Shown: positions 1-11,710 of the stretch, in pieces
Layout: each line of letters opens with the position of its first letter
How positions within the stretch are numbered: position 1 is the stretch's first letter
Source: an uncultured Gemmatimonadaceae bacterium
Lineage (GTDB): Bacteria > Gemmatimonadota > Gemmatimonadetes > Gemmatimonadales > Gemmatimonadaceae
Length of the DNA: 64,000 nt
Assembly (NCBI GenBank): GCA_963781585.1
Contig: CAWAGQ010000004.1
Coordinates: 768,001-832,000, forward strand
Direction: 5' to 3'
Notes under the pieces: model-generated
Told to the model about the DNA's origin: nothing
The model's database searches: none
What the model saw: only the letters and a program-made list of their open reading frames with translations
Position numbers and translations under genes: made by a program

Positions 1-429
1 ACAGGCCGCATTCTGCTGTCCGCGGGGTCGCTCGCCCTGTTGGCAGCCGTTGCCGGGGCGCAGCCGCCGGTGCGAACGGAATCGCCGGGCCAGGTCGTGA
101 TGATGCCGACCTATGCGACGCTGGTGGCGTCGGTCAACGCCGCTGGTGAGGCGGTGACGAAGATCGACAACCTCGCCGGGCTCACCGCCGACCAGGTCCG
201 CCTGGTCGATGCCCACGAACTCGTTTCCGACGCGAATCAGAGCGAGTTCGACGCCGCAGTGGAAAAGAACGCGGCCTCGCTGACCGCCCTGCGGACGTCA
301 CTGCAGAAGAACGACATCATCGCCAAGGCGATTGCCGAGCATCCGGGGAAACCGGCGATCGACGATGTCGTGGCAGCTGATGTTGGTCCGGACAACGAGT
401 TGACGATCTACTTCCGCAAGAAGGGCTGA
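1..429 (+). CDS. Secreted hypothetical protein, 5' partial
   Basis: Frame is open from base 1 and reads TGRILLSAGSLALLAAVAGAQ, which looks like a signal peptide. Codon usage is typical and the stop is TGA at 427-429. Confidence 0.7.
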   Translation, partial: TGRILLSAGSLALLAAVAGAQPPVRTESPGQVVMMPTYATLVASVNAAGEAVTKIDNLAGLTADQVRLVDAHELVSDANQSEFDAAVEKNAASLTALRTSLQKNDIIAKAIAEHPGKPAIDDVVAADVGPDNELTIYFRKKG

Positions 430-459
430 GGCGCGGAAACCATTCGCCCGTCCGCCGCA

Positions 460-485
460 CGCGACGCCGGGATCCCGGCGTCGCG
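460..485. terminator. Perfect 26-bp palindrome between convergent genes, candidate bidirectional terminator
   Basis: CGCGACGCCGGGATCCCGGCGTCGCG lies between the stops at 429 and 500. There is no U-tract. Confidence 0.45.
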
Positions 486-499
486 CGCGGCGTCGCGAG

Positions 500-1012
500 T
501 CACCCGGTGCTGCCAAAGCCCCCCGCGCCGCGCGCGGTCTCCTCGAGCCTGGCCGCCTCCATCAGGACCGGCGCCTCGTACCGCGCAAACACCAGCTGGG
601 CAATCCGGTCGCCGCGCCGAATCGTGACCGGCCCGGCGCCCGCGTGAAGCAGAATGATCTTCAGTTCGCCGCGATAGTCGGAGTCGATCGTTCCTGGTGC
701 GTTCGGCAGCGTGATGCCGTGCTTCAGAGCGAGTCCGGAGCGTGGTCGCACCTGCATCTCGATTCCGGGCGGAATGGCGAACGCGAGTCCCGTGGCCACC
801 GCCCGCAGCTCCCCGGGCTGCAGCACGAAGTCCGGCTCGGCCGAGGCGACGTCGTAGCCGGCCGCCCCCGGTGTCTGCCGCGCCGGCAGCGGGAGATCGC
901 GATTGTGCGCCAGTCGCCTCACGGCCACGGAGAGGGAATCCAACTGAACGGGCCGGTCGATTCCCCGCTCGTGTGCGCCGATCTGGCTCAACGAGGCGCC
1001 GTGGTCGGTCAT
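500..1012 (-). CDS. dut: dUTP diphosphatase
   Basis: Motifs [29 protein letters not shown] and [10 protein letters not shown]. Start placed at ATG 1012; it could be slightly downstream. Confidence 0.95.
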   Translation of the reverse strand: MTDHGASLSQIGAHERGIDRPVQLDSLSVAVRRLAHNRDLPLPARQTPGAAGYDVASAEPDFVLQPGELRAVATGLAFAIPPGIEMQVRPRSGLALKHGITLPNAPGTIDSDYRGELKIILLHAGAGPVTIRRGDRIAQLVFARYEAPVLMEAARLEETARGAGGFGSTG

Positions 1013-1020
1013 CCGTGTCC

Positions 1021-2136
1021 CTACCGGAGCAGTTCGGCCGGATCGTGGCACGGCAGGCCGAAAGCCTCTGCCACGCCCGGATAGGTCACCTTCCCTGCGG
1101 CGATGTTGAGTCCCTTGAGCAGCGCGGCATTGGACGCGAGCGCCTTCTTCCATCCCTTGGTTGCCAACTGCACCGCGTACGGGTACGTCGCGTTGGTCAG
1201 CGCCAGCGTGGACGTGCGCGGCACCCCGCCGGGCATGTTGGCGACTCCATAATGGATCACGCCGTCCACCACGTAGGTGGGATTCTCGTGCGTCGTGGCG
1301 TGGATCGTCTCCACGCATCCCCCCTGGTCGATGGCGACATCCACGATCACGGCTCCGGCCTTCATCCGTTTGAGGTCCTCGCGGCGTACGAGCTTGGGCG
1401 CCTTGGCTCCGGGAATCAGTACGCCGCCAATAACGAGATCAGCCGTCTCGATGGCGTCGAGGATGTTGTGCCGGTTGGAGTAGATGAGCTGCACGTTCCC
1501 AGGCATCACGTCGGACAGGTAGCGCAGCCGCTCGAGCGACAGATCGAGGATGAGAACCCGGGCTCCCATCCCCGCCGCCATCTTCGCGGCGTTCGTGCCG
1601 ACCACCCCGCCACCAAGCACCACCACCTTGGCCGGTGGCACACCGGGCACGCCGCCCAGCAGCAGCCCGCGGCCACCGTACAGCTTCTCGAGGTACTTTG
1701 CTCCTTCCTGCACCGCCATCCGGCCTGCCACTTCCGACATCGGAGTGAGCAGCGGCAGCTCCCGCGTCGGCAGCTCCACCGTCTCGTACGCAATGCACAC
1801 CGCACCGCTGTCCATATGGGCACGCGTCAGGCGCTCGTCGGCCGCGAAATGGAAGTAGGTGAAGATGACCTGCCCCGATCGCATGCGCTTCCATTCCGGC
1901 TCGATCGGCTCCTTGACTTTCATGATCATGTCGGCGCTCGCCCATACCGCATCGGCATCGGAGGCGATACTGGCGCCGGCCGCCACATACTGCTCGTCTT
2001 CGAATCCACTCCCGACCCCGGCACCCGCTTCGATGAGGATTCGATGTCCGGCGGCCGACAGGTCTTCGGCCGCGGCCGGAACGAGGGCGACCCGGTTCTC
2101 GTTCGTCTTGATCTCTTTTGGCACCCCGATGAGCAT
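1021..2136 (-). CDS. ald: Alanine dehydrogenase
   Basis: [36 protein letters not shown] and [13 protein letters not shown]; 371 aa. Confidence 0.97.
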   Translation of the reverse strand: MLIGVPKEIKTNENRVALVPAAAEDLSAAGHRILIEAGAGVGSGFEDEQYVAAGASIASDADAVWASADMIMKVKEPIEPEWKRMRSGQVIFTYFHFAADERLTRAHMDSGAVCIAYETVELPTRELPLLTPMSEVAGRMAVQEGAKYLEKLYGGRGLLLGGVPGVPPAKVVVLGGGVVGTNAAKMAAGMGARVLILDLSLERLRYLSDVMPGNVQLIYSNRHNILDAIETADLVIGGVLIPGAKAPKLVRREDLKRMKAGAVIVDVAIDQGGCVETIHATTHENPTYVVDGVIHYGVANMPGGVPRTSTLALTNATYPYAVQLATKGWKKALASNAALLKGLNIAAGKVTYPGVAEAFGLPCHDPAELLR

Positions 2137-2160
2137 GGTCGTTGATGAGGCAAAGGGTGG

Positions 2161-3432
2161 TCAGGTCGCGTCGTTCGCGCGGCCGAGTGTCACGATGGTC
2201 TGCTGCGAGGGCTGAAAGAACGCGGCACACAACTCGGCGACGTCGTCCGGCGTGATCTGGTCGATCCGCGCCAGAATGGCGTCCAGCGGTTGAAACGGTT
2301 CGCCGTACAACTCGGTCGCCGCCACACGAAACATGCGTGACGCCGACGATTCGAGCGAGAGCGTGAGCTGACCCTTCAGCTGGTTCTTTCCCGCTTCGAT
2401 TTCCGCCTCCGGCAAGCCGTCGCGCGACACGGTTTCCAGTTCGCCCAGAATCTCGTCGAGGGCGCGTGTGGCGGTGTCAGGGGACGTCCCGACATAGATG
2501 CCGTGAATTCCCGAGTCCAGGTGATAGGACTGAAAGGTGTAGACCGAATACGCCAGCCCCAGCTCCTCGCGCACGCGCTGGAACAATCGCGAACTCATGC
2601 CCCCGCCGAGCATCAGGCTCGCCAGCGTCACGGCGTAGCGCCGTGGGTCGCCGTAGCGCACGGTGGGCGCCCCGAGGACGATGTGCGTTTGCGCCCCCTC
2701 GCGTTCGATGTGACGGCGTGACGGGGCCGCGGTCACCGGAGGTGGGACCGCGGGGACCGGTTCGCCGCCCGGCGACCGCTCCATCCAGCCGGTGTCGCGC
2801 AGCACGTCGAGGAGCGCATCGTGGTCCACGCAGCCGGCGGCGGAGATCACAATGTGCTGCGGCTGATAGGCAGCCTGCTGCAGCGCGCTGAGTTCCGCGA
2901 TGCTCATCCCCGAGACGGACTCCCGGGTTCCCAGGATCGTGTACCCGTACGGATGATCGCCCCAGAGGGCGGCGTTGTGCAGTTCGAACACCAGGTCGTC
3001 AGGCATGTCATCGACCATGGCGATTTCCTCCAGCACCACGCGGCGTTCGAGCCGCAGGTCTTCCTCGCGGAGCAGTGGCCGGAAGATCAGATCGCAGAGT
3101 ACGTCGGCCGCCTGGGAGAGGTGCTCGTCCAGCACCCGCGCCTGAAACGACGTGTGCTCACGCGCCGTGAAGGCGTCCAGCGAGCCACCGAGGCTCTCGA
3201 GCGAGAGCGCGATCTCCCGCGCGCTGCGGCGCGCGGTGCCCTTGAACACCATGTGCTCGAGGAGGTGAGACACCCCCATCTGCTGGCGCGTCTCGTGCGC
3301 CGAGGCGCGCCGGATCCACGCCCCCAGCGCAACCGACCGCACACCGGGCATGTTCTCGGTGACGACGGTCAGTCCATTCTCGAGGCCCGTTCGGCGGTAT
3401 TCGCTGACCGCGCCCGAGGCCGTGGTGCTCAC
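2161..3432 (-). CDS. M16 family (pitrilysin-like) zinc peptidase
   Basis: HLLEH (HxxEH) and LGGGMSSRLFQRVRE. Typical position downstream of pnp. Confidence 0.93.
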   Translation of the reverse strand: MSTTASGAVSEYRRTGLENGLTVVTENMPGVRSVALGAWIRRASAHETRQQMGVSHLLEHMVFKGTARRSAREIALSLESLGGSLDAFTAREHTSFQARVLDEHLSQAADVLCDLIFRPLLREEDLRLERRVVLEEIAMVDDMPDDLVFELHNAALWGDHPYGYTILGTRESVSGMSIAELSALQQAAYQPQHIVISAAGCVDHDALLDVLRDTGWMERSPGGEPVPAVPPPVTAAPSRRHIEREGAQTHIVLGAPTVRYGDPRRYAVTLASLMLGGGMSSRLFQRVREELGLAYSVYTFQSYHLDSGIHGIYVGTSPDTATRALDEILGELETVSRDGLPEAEIEAGKNQLKGQLTLSLESSASRMFRVAATELYGEPFQPLDAILARIDQITPDDVAELCAAFFQPSQQTIVTLGRANDAT

Positions 3433-5693
3433 GCCTCCCGGCCCCGCCCTCCGCCGCGGCCGCCACGCCGCGGCCGGCGGCTTCCGCGATCGCCTCCCCG
3501 GCTCCCCTCGCCGCTCCCGCCGCCGCCATGGCCTTCGGCACTGGCGCCGGCCGGCTCGGGTTCGCCCTCACCTTCACCCTCGGGCGCGCCGTTCGTGGCC
3601 GTCCCTTCCGGCTTTGGCTGCAGCGCTTTCATCGACAGGCGCAGGCGTCCGCGCTCGTCGCGCTCGATCAGCTTCACCTTGACGCGATCGCCCTTCTTGA
3701 CCACGTCCTCGGTGCGCTCGGTGCGTCCGTGGCGCATCTCGGAAATGTGCAGCAGCCCTTCGGTGCCCGGGAGAATCTCGATGAACGCGCCGAACGCCGT
3801 GGTGCTCTTGACCGTCCCTTCGTAGGTCTCTCCCACCACCGGGTCCTGGGTGATGGCCTGCACCATCTGCTTCGCTCGTTCCATGCTCTCGCCCCCGACC
3901 GCGGCAATGGTGACCACGCCGGAGTCGTCGACCGTGATCTCGGCGCCGGTCTCGTCCTGAATGCCGCGGATCGTCTTCCCCTTCGGCCCAATGAGATCGC
4001 CGATCTTCTCGGGATTGATGGTGATGGTGACGATGCGGGGCGCATACGGTGAGAGATCCGGGCGGGGCGCCGGAAGCGCCTCACGCATCTTGCCCAGGAT
4101 GTGGAGTCGTCCCTCGAGCGCCTGGGCCAGCGCTTCCTTCATGATCTGGAGATCGAGTCCTTCGATCTTGATGTCCATCTGGATCGACGTGATGCCGCGT
4201 TCGGTTCCCGCCACCTTGAAGTCCATGTCGCCCAGATGGTCTTCGGTGCCGAGAATGTCCGTCAGCACCACGTAGCGGTCCCCTTCCTTGATCAGTCCCA
4301 TGGCGACGCCCGCCACCGCGGCGCGGATCGGGACGCCGGCATCGAACAGGGCCAGCGATCCTCCGCAGACCGACGCCATCGACGACGACCCGTTGGATTC
4401 GAGCACGTCGGACACGATGCGAATGGTATACGGAAACTCCTCGTACGGCGGCAGGATGCCCTGGAGCGCGCGCTCGGCGAGGTTGCCGTGGCCGATCTCG
4501 CGCCGGCTCGTGCCACGCATCGGCCGCACTTCGCCCGTGGAAAACGGCGGGAAGTTGTAGTGCAGCATGAAGGACTTCGTGACTTCCCCCAGATCGTCGA
4601 TCGTATCGAGTCGCTGCACGTCCTCTGCCGTCCCCAGCGTGCAGGCCACCAGCGCCTGCGTCTGACCGCGGGTGAACAGGGCGGACCCATGGGCCCTCGG
4701 CAACACCGGCGCGTCGATGGTAATGGGACGCACCTCCTGCGGTTTGCGACCGTCTACCCGGAGACCGGTATCGAGCACCTGCGCCCGGAGCGCGCCGTAC
4801 TCCAGGTTGCCGAGCAGCTCACCCACGTGCGGAGCCCATTCGGGGTGCTCGGCAACGAGCGCGTCGGACACCTGCGCCTTCACCGCTTCCACAGCCTGGA
4901 TTCGGGTGTGCTTTTCCTTCTGATTGATCGCCTCGACAATGCGCTGTTGCGCATCGCGGGTCACCCGTTCGGTCAGGTCCTGGGGCGGCTCGGAGCGGCT
5001 CCAGGTCATCTTCTGGACCGGGTCCAGACGACCGAGGAGTTCGCGCTCGACCTCGATCAGCTCCCGGATCCCGCGGTGCCCGAGCGCCAGCGCTTCGAGC
5101 ATGTCGGCCTCGTTGACTTCCAGGGCCCCGCCTTCCACCATGACGATGGAGTCGGCTGAGCCGGCGACCACGATTTCCAGGTCACTGTACTGCAGCTGCT
5201 GGAAGGTCGGATTCAGCACCCACTTGCCCTGCACCCGTCCCACGCGCACCCCGGCAATGGGTCCCAGGAAGGGAATCCGCGACGCGTTGAGGGCGCACGA
5301 CGCCGCCACCAGGCCGAGCACATCGGCGTCGTTCTCCTGATCCGCGGAGACGACGTAGACGAAGACCTGCACCTCGTTGCGGAATCCTTCGGGGAAGAGC
5401 GGTCGGATGGAGCGATCGATGATCCGGGCGGAGATGATCTCCGCGTCGTGGGGCCGCCCCTCTCGCTTGATGAAGCCGCCGGGGATCTTGCCGGCGGCAT
5501 AGGTCCGCTCCCGGTACTCGACCAGGAGCGGGAAGAACGGCAGGGCGCTCTCGCGGTCACTGACGGTGACGGCGGCGATGACCATGGTGTCGCCGAACTG
5601 TACGACCGCGCTGCCGGCGGCCTGCTTCGCCATCCGGCCCGATTCGAGTACGAAGCGCCGGCTGGCGAAGTTCCTTTCCACGCGCTGCATCAT
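3429..5693 (-). CDS. pnp: Polyribonucleotide nucleotidyltransferase (PNPase)
   Basis: GKIPGGFIKREGRP, RREIGHGNLAERAL, ESNGSSSMAS, GDMDFKVAGT, plus KH and S1 domains. Start at MMQRVER. Confidence 0.98.
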   Translation of the reverse strand: MMQRVERNFASRRFVLESGRMAKQAAGSAVVQFGDTMVIAAVTVSDRESALPFFPLLVEYRERTYAAGKIPGGFIKREGRPHDAEIISARIIDRSIRPLFPEGFRNEVQVFVYVVSADQENDADVLGLVAASCALNASRIPFLGPIAGVRVGRVQGKWVLNPTFQQLQYSDLEIVVAGSADSIVMVEGGALEVNEADMLEALALGHRGIRELIEVERELLGRLDPVQKMTWSRSEPPQDLTERVTRDAQQRIVEAINQKEKHTRIQAVEAVKAQVSDALVAEHPEWAPHVGELLGNLEYGALRAQVLDTGLRVDGRKPQEVRPITIDAPVLPRAHGSALFTRGQTQALVACTLGTAEDVQRLDTIDDLGEVTKSFMLHYNFPPFSTGEVRPMRGTSRREIGHGNLAERALQGILPPYEEFPYTIRIVSDVLESNGSSSMASVCGGSLALFDAGVPIRAAVAGVAMGLIKEGDRYVVLTDILGTEDHLGDMDFKVAGTERGITSIQMDIKIEGLDLQIMKEALAQALEGRLHILGKMREALPAPRPDLSPYAPRIVTITINPEKIGDLIGPKGKTIRGIQDETGAEITVDDSGVVTIAAVGGESMERAKQMVQAITQDPVVGETYEGTVKSTTAFGAFIEILPGTEGLLHISEMRHGRTERTEDVVKKGDRVKVKLIERDERGRLRLSMKALQPKPEGTATNGAPEGEGEGEPEPAGASAEGHGGGGSGEGSRGGDRGSRRPRRGGRGGGRGREA

Positions 5694-5762
5694 GTCTGTC
5701 AGACCTCTCGATACGCTGCGGGCGGCGACGTGAGGTCGCCGGAGCGTAGATGGGGCATCGTC

Positions 5763-5800
5763 AAACACAAAACGCGCGGGCTCAAGGGCGTGCCCGCGCG
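5763..5800 (-). terminator. Intrinsic terminator after rpsO
   Basis: On the minus strand, a CGCGCGGGC...GCCCGCGCG stem is followed by TTTTGTGTTT. Confidence 0.65.
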
Positions 5801-5821
5801 GTCAGTGATGGACGATGCGAG

Positions 5822-6082
5822 TTAGTGGCGCAGGCCGAGATCACTGATGATCTGGCGGTACCGCTGGACGTCGGTGCGCTTCAGATACTCGAGGAGTCGC
5901 CGACGTTGGCCGACCATCTTGAGGAGTCCACGGCGGCTGTGGAAGTCCTTCACGTGCGCCTTGAAGTGATCCGTGAGGTAATTGATGCGTTCCGTGAGGA
6001 GCGCGATCTGCACCTGCGCCGACCCGGTATCCGCCTCGTGCATCCGGTGCCTGGCGATCGTCGGTGCCTTTTCAAAACCCAT
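5822..6082 (-). CDS. rpsO: 30S ribosomal protein S15
   Basis: [16 protein letters not shown] and [22 protein letters not shown]; lies upstream of pnp. Confidence 0.98.
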   Translation of the reverse strand: MGFEKAPTIARHRMHEADTGSAQVQIALLTERINYLTDHFKAHVKDFHSRRGLLKMVGQRRRLLEYLKRTDVQRYRQIISDLGLRH

Positions 6083-6140
6083 GATGTATATTCCCCGCGC
6101 GATCTCTGTCGCGCATGCGCTAAGTCCTTTGGAGCAAAGC

Positions 6141-6169
6141 AATTTACTGGCCGACCCCACCCCTGTAAA
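6141..6169 (-). promoter_or_regulatory. sigma70-type promoter for rpsO-pnp
   Basis: TTTACA-17 bp-TAAATT on the minus strand. Confidence 0.6.
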
Positions 6170-6181
6170 GGCGTTACCGGA

Positions 6182-7813
6182 GTGCCTGAACGCTACCTCG
6201 GCCAATCGTTCGGCAAGTACCAGATCGAGAGCCTGATCGGGTCTGGCGGCTTCGCCTGGGTCTTCAAGGGGTATGACCCGGAGCTCGAAATCCCGGTCGC
6301 CATCAAGGTGCTGAAGCCGCAGTTCGCCGGCGATCCCATCCTGGTTGATCGATTCCGGCGCGAGGCATCGACGGCCGCCAAGCTCCGGCACCCGAACATC
6401 ATCAAGATCTACGCGGTGGGCCGGGAGCGGGACGCCGTGTATTTCGTGATGGACTACCTGCCCACGGGGCTCGCCGACAAGCTCGAGGCGACCAGCACCC
6501 TGCCCGAGGATTACGTGGTGCGGGTCGGGATCGATGTGGCGCGGGCACTCGGGTTCGCCCACCGCGAAGGGGTGATTCACCGGGACATCAAGGTGGACAA
6601 CATCCTGTTCGACGCCCACGGCAACGCGGTGGTCGCCGATTTCGGCATCGCCCGCGCGGTGAGCGGCTATACCCAGCACACCGGCACCAACATGGTGGTG
6701 GGGACGCCGCAGTACTTCGCGCCGGAGCAGGCCCGGGCCAAGCCGCTCGATGGCCGGGCGGACATCTACTCGTTAGGCGTCACGTTGTACCGGGCGGCTA
6801 CTGGCCGCCTCCCGTTCGAGGGCGATGACTGGTACGAAATCGCCCGGCAGCACGTGGAGGACCCCCCTCCCCATCCACGCACCATCGTCCCGGATCTGTC
6901 ACCCGAGTTCGAACGCGTGGTGCTGTGGTGCCTTGGCAAGCAGCCTGATGACCGCCCGGCAACCGGCGATGCGCTGGCCGAAGCATTGGAGGCGCTCCGG
7001 GCGGTCCATCGCGACCCGACCCTCGCGCGGACCCTCTCGGTCCCGCTCTCGCTGACTCCCACGCTCGTCGCACCCGTCCCGGCCGTGGCGGTGAGGACCA
7101 GGCCGAAGCGTGGTGTCAACTCCACCACCGTGGCGCTCGCGATCTTTGCGGTGCTCATGGGCGGGGCGTTCATGGCGCCCCGGGTCTACCACTGGATGGC
7201 GACAGGGAGAGGCGCGGGGAGTACCGTGGACACGAGTCTGTTGCAGGCCCCCGTGGTCGTCTCCGATACCGGCGCGCCGGATTCACAGAAGACGGCGGTA
7301 CCCACCGGGCCCGTCGCCCGCGATACGACCGCGTCGCTGGTGCTGACGTCGTATCCGGACGCGACCCTCAGGTTCAACGGCGATACCGTGGGCAGCGGGG
7401 GCACCTGGCGCACCGATACGCAGCGCCCCGGCACCTACGTTGCCGTGGCGACCGTGCCGTCCGCCGCGCCGTGTCCCAGTGCGCGCGACACCGCGGTGGT
7501 GAACCTGCGGGCCGGGGCACCGCCCGTGAAGGTGACGCTCCACCCGCACAGTTGCGGCACCTTGCAGCTCATGGCGCTGGTGCGGAACGCCAACACGAAC
7601 ACCAGCGTCGAGTACGTGCTCACCTCCCTCGATGGGAAGCGGTTCACCGGCCCGGTGACCGTGGGGACGCGACAGGAGATCGTGCTGCCGCCGGGCCAGT
7701 ACCAGCTCGACGTCACGAAGCCGGTCTGCGCGTCCTACCACGAAGCGTCGGTGACAATCAGCTCCAACACCGTGACCAACCTGCCGACGTTCACCATCGA
7801 CTGCGGCGGTTGA
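6182..7813 (+). CDS. Hanks-type Ser/Thr protein kinase with a TM helix and extracytoplasmic beta-rich (PEGA-like) domains
   Basis: [28 protein letters not shown] and [11 protein letters not shown] segment [16 protein letters not shown]. Start at GTG 6182 is inferred. Confidence 0.92.
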   Translation: MPERYLGQSFGKYQIESLIGSGGFAWVFKGYDPELEIPVAIKVLKPQFAGDPILVDRFRREASTAAKLRHPNIIKIYAVGRERDAVYFVMDYLPTGLADKLEATSTLPEDYVVRVGIDVARALGFAHREGVIHRDIKVDNILFDAHGNAVVADFGIARAVSGYTQHTGTNMVVGTPQYFAPEQARAKPLDGRADIYSLGVTLYRAATGRLPFEGDDWYEIARQHVEDPPPHPRTIVPDLSPEFERVVLWCLGKQPDDRPATGDALAEALEALRAVHRDPTLARTLSVPLSLTPTLVAPVPAVAVRTRPKRGVNSTTVALAIFAVLMGGAFMAPRVYHWMATGRGAGSTVDTSLLQAPVVVSDTGAPDSQKTAVPTGPVARDTTASLVLTSYPDATLRFNGDTVGSGGTWRTDTQRPGTYVAVATVPSAAPCPSARDTAVVNLRAGAPPVKVTLHPHSCGTLQLMALVRNANTNTSVEYVLTSLDGKRFTGPVTVGTRQEIVLPPGQYQLDVTKPVCASYHEASVTISSNTVTNLPTFTIDCGG

Positions 7814-7907
7814 CGTCGCGGCGGCGCGCTCGCGGTGCCCGACCGCACCGCGGCGATCGAGGCGGATCATTTACCAACGATCTGCAGGGTGTCGGAAGTG
7901 GCGGCCG

Positions 7908-8288
7908 CTATGGTCGTACCACGGCGCCTAACGCGAATCCGACGGCCAGGCCGCCCCAGAAGTAGAGCCGCTTGAACCAGGGGCGCCGGGGCTCCTCGAG
8001 GATGACCCACTGGTCGGTGGTCAGGCGGGTGGTCTGGCCGATGATCAGTGCCGTGGCGACGCCCCGGTCGACGGAGATCACGCGGAGCCGTGCCACGAGC
8101 GCGTCGCGGTGCAACGGGTCCACGGCAAGGCCGGTGAGGTCGCGGTGCACCCAGCCTTCGGTGCCCACGGTGAAGGTGACCGTGGTGTCGCCCACCTGCG
8201 AAATCTCGAACCGGACGCCCTTGACCTGTGCCCCGAGCGTTGCGCCAGACCCGGCGAGCAGTGCCACCGCGAGCAGGAATTGGCGCAT
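7908..8288 (-). CDS. Hypothetical exported protein with a C-terminal TM anchor
   Basis: Signal peptide MRQFLLAVALLAG and a hydrophobic C-terminus LYFWGGLAVGFALGAVV. Confidence 0.75.
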   Translation of the reverse strand: MRQFLLAVALLAGSGATLGAQVKGVRFEISQVGDTTVTFTVGTEGWVHRDLTGLAVDPLHRDALVARLRVISVDRGVATALIIGQTTRLTTDQWVILEEPRRPWFKRLYFWGGLAVGFALGAVVRP

Positions 8289-8444
8289 CGAACGGAGGGG
8301 TTGAAGGCGTACGACGAGGCCGCGTCGGCGGAACGGTCTGCAGGTGGGGGAACGCGTCCAGGTGACAGGGTCAGGGCCGATGGGCCGCGCCGGCCGGCCG
8401 CACCGGTCGCCAGGCCGTGCGCGAAGGGCCGCGCGGGCGATCGA

Positions 8445-9712
8445 TCAGCCGAACAGCTTCACCAGCCCCTTGAGATCATTGAGCATCACGAGCGCGAACA
8501 GCAGCGCGATCGCGACCAGACCGGCCCGAAGAATATACTCGCGCGTGCGAGCGCTGAAGGCACTGCCCTTGATCGCTTCGGCCAGGTTCAGGAGGATCTG
8601 GCCCCCGTCGAGGATCGGGATAGGGAGAAGGTTGAGGATGGCCACGTTGATGCTGAGGAATGCAATGAGCGACAGCAGAGTCTCGAGGCCCGAACGGGCC
8701 GCCTCGACCGACGACCGCGCGATCTGGATCGGGCCGCCCAGCTGGGTGACCGAAACCTGCCCCGACACCAGCCCGACGATCACCTGAACGACACTCCCCC
8801 CCATCGCCACCGTGGCGTGCCAGCCGGCGGCGACCGACGACGCCGGCGTTAGGCGTTCGCTCAGTACCCTGGTGGTCGAGTAGGCGCCGATCTTCGGCAC
8901 CTGCACCGGGCGCCCGGTCACCAGGTTGGTGTCGGGCGCCAGCTGCGGCACCATGTGCAGCGTCACGCGCTCACCACGGCGCATCACGTCCAGCTCGAGG
9001 ACCTTCCCCTGCGACTGCGCGATCTGGGCGGTCACGTCCGACCACCGGCTTCACCGGCAGTCCGTTGACCGCCACGATGCTGTCGGCCGCCATCATGCCG
9101 GCGCGATCGGCCGGGAGTCCGGCCAGCACCGAATCCACCACCGGCGGGCGATATGGTCGACCGTACGCCGCAAAGAGTCCCACCGACACCACCAGCGTGA
9201 GCACCGCGTTCATCGTGACGCCGGCAAACAGAATGATCAGACGCGCCCACAACGGCCTTCGATTCGAACCACCGGTTGGGCGGAACCGGCCGCGGCCCGA
9301 ACGGCACCATGGCGTTGGGGTCCCAGTCCGCACGGGCGCTTCGCTCCCCGGACGCCCTGGGCAGCGCTCGGCCTGGGTCGCGCCGGAGTCCCTGTCTGCG
9401 GACGCCGTCGGGCAGCGCGGTGTAGTCGAGCGCTTCACCCGGGCGGGGCGCCCCCACCTTCACCTCACTCCCGCCTTCGAGAAACGCCATCGCCTCGTCT
9501 TCGCGCGAGGCCATGCGCACGTAGCCGCCGATCGGGAGCCAGCCGATGAGGTACTCGGTCTCGCCGTGGCGCCGCTTCCAGAGCGCGCGACCAAAGCCGA
9601 TGGAGAACCGCGGGGCGTAGACACCCAGCAGCTTGGCGGCCATGAAGTGCCCGAGCTCGTGCACCAGCACCACGAGGCCGAAGACGAGAACCGGCGCGAA
9701 CCAGCTCAGCAT
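8445..9712 (-). CDS. rseP: RIP metalloprotease RseP, apparently frameshifted near 9260 and 9050
   Basis: HELGH, FSIGFG and LPIGGYVRM in one frame; RLIILFAGVTMN and the PDZ start in a second; GGPIQI and NLLPIPILDGG in a third. Confidence 0.9.
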
Positions 9713-10841
9713 GCGACGTGCTCCAGCACGTGTTGCCGGGCTGCCCGGTCGGCGGCCAGGAGTTCGTCGCGCGTGCGTCCCGGCATCGCGCCCAGAGCGC
9801 TCAGCGCCGATTCAATGACGCGGGGGATGTCCATGAATGCGAGCCTCCCTTCGAGAAAGAGCGCGACCGCCTGTTCGTTGGAGGCATTATACACGGCGGG
9901 CGCCGCGCCCCCGGTCCGGCCGGCTTCGATGCCGAGACGCAGCGCCGGAAAGTCCGCGAGACGGACCGTCTCGAACGTCAGTGGGGACGTGCCGACCGGA
10001 TCGAACCGCTGTACACCGCTGTCCGGGATTCGCTCCGGGTGCGTGAGGGCGTACAGCACCGGCAGCTCCATCGACGGCATGCCGAGCTGCGCCAGCACGC
10101 TCCCGTCCACGAATTCCACGAACGAGTGCACGAGGCTCTGCGGATGCACGACCACCTCGATCGCGTCATACGCAAGCCCGAACAGGAAGTGGGCCTCGAT
10201 GACCTCGAGCGCCTTGTTGGCGAGGGTCGCGCTGTCGACGGTGATCTTGCGCCCCATGCGCCAGGTGGGATGGCGCAGCGCCTCCTCTCGCGTGGCGTTG
10301 GCGAGCTGTTCGCGCGTCCAGCCGCGAAACGGGCCACCGGAGGCCGTGAGGATCAGCCGCCGGACCTCGTTGCGCGGGCGGCGGCCCAGGCACTGCAGAA
10401 TGGCGGAGTGCTCGCTGTCCACGGGGACGATCTCGCCCCCGTGACGTTGCGGCCGCGGCGGTGGCGATCTCGCCTGCGACGACCAGCGTCTCCTTGTTTG
10501 CGAGCGCGACGCGCTTCCCCGCCTCCAGCGCGGCCAGCGTGGCGTCCAGTCCCGCTGAGCCCACGACGGCGTTCAGCACGATCGCCGCGTCCGGAAGGGT
10601 CGCGGCTTCGACCAGGCATCCCGGACCACTGTGCCATCCGGTCGGCGAGAGACGCCCTCCGTTCACCAGGCCTGCATAACGAGCGCAGGTCGTCGCGCGC
10701 CTGCTCGGCGAGCAGCTCGGCGTTCGAGTAGGCCGTCAGCGCCGCGATGTGAAAGCGGTCCGTGTGGCGCGCGACCACGCGGAGCGCCGTGGTGCCGATG
10801 GACCCGGTCGATCCCAGGACCGCCACGCCGCGCGTGGTCAT
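9706..10841 (-). CDS. dxr: 1-deoxy-D-xylulose-5-phosphate reductoisomerase, apparently frameshifted near 10680 and 10440
   Basis: [34 protein letters not shown] and [15 protein letters not shown] are spread over three frames. Confidence 0.92.
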
Positions 10842-11698
10842 CGCAGCGCGGGCAGGAGGAATCGCCCGAGGACGAGGTAGGCCACCGGAAAGACGAAGAA
10901 CAGGCTGTCGAGTCGGTCGAGCATGCCCCCGTGTCCCGGAAGAAGGTTGGAGCTGTCCTTGACCCCGGCTTCGCGCTTGAAGAGCGATTCGGCCAGGTCG
11001 CCCGCCTGCGCCGCGATCGCGACGACCAGCCCGAACACCGCCGCCGTCCAGGGCGTGAGCGCCAGTTGGGCGGCCGGCCGCAACACACCGGAGTTGTACG
11101 CGATGCCCACGCCCATGGCAACGATCAATCCGGCGACGGCACCCGCCACGGTCTTGCCGGGGCTCACCGATGGGCATGAGTTTGCGCCGCCCGATCCACC
11201 GCCCCACGAAGAACCCCGCGGTGTCGGTCCCCCAGGTGATGACGAGCGGGTACATCACCAGCGCGCTGCCCGCCGCGGCGCCGACGGCCCAAGGATGATG
11301 GCGCAGCGAATACGCGAACGACAGCGTCCCGCCGCAGTACAGCGCGCCGAACACGGTGACGGCGATCGATTCCAGCGGGCGCTCGTCGGGTCGCCGGCCC
11401 CAGACCGCCAGCCCGGCCAGGGCAACGAGGAGAACGGCCAGAGTGGCGAACGGGCGTCCGATGACGCCCAGCCGCGCCAGGTGCGTGCCGACGCGGCAGC
11501 GCCGCCGCCATGGTCGATGCCGATGCCTGCCAGCGGTCGCACGTCCCGCATCGATGCCAGTTGATACAGCTCGTGCGCGGCCACGGCGGCCAGCGCGCCC
11601 AGGAATAGCGCCAGGGCGAGCTCGCCGGCGTAGAGGAAGAGGAAGGCGAGCGGGATTCCAACCACCGCGACAATGACGCGGCGCGCCAGATTGCTCAT
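10838..11698 (-). CDS. cdsA: Phosphatidate cytidylyltransferase, apparently frameshifted near 11490 and 11170
   Basis: [19 protein letters not shown] and [33 protein letters not shown] across three frames. Confidence 0.9.
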
Positions 11699-11710
11699 GC
11701 GTCAAGCCAC

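Noticed and set aside
5750..6181. N-terminal extension of the Ser/Thr kinase ORF, and similar extensions on recN, pheT, rpmI, galK and cmk
   Set aside because: The extensions overlap neighbouring genes and precede the conserved starts, so they are ORF-caller artefacts.
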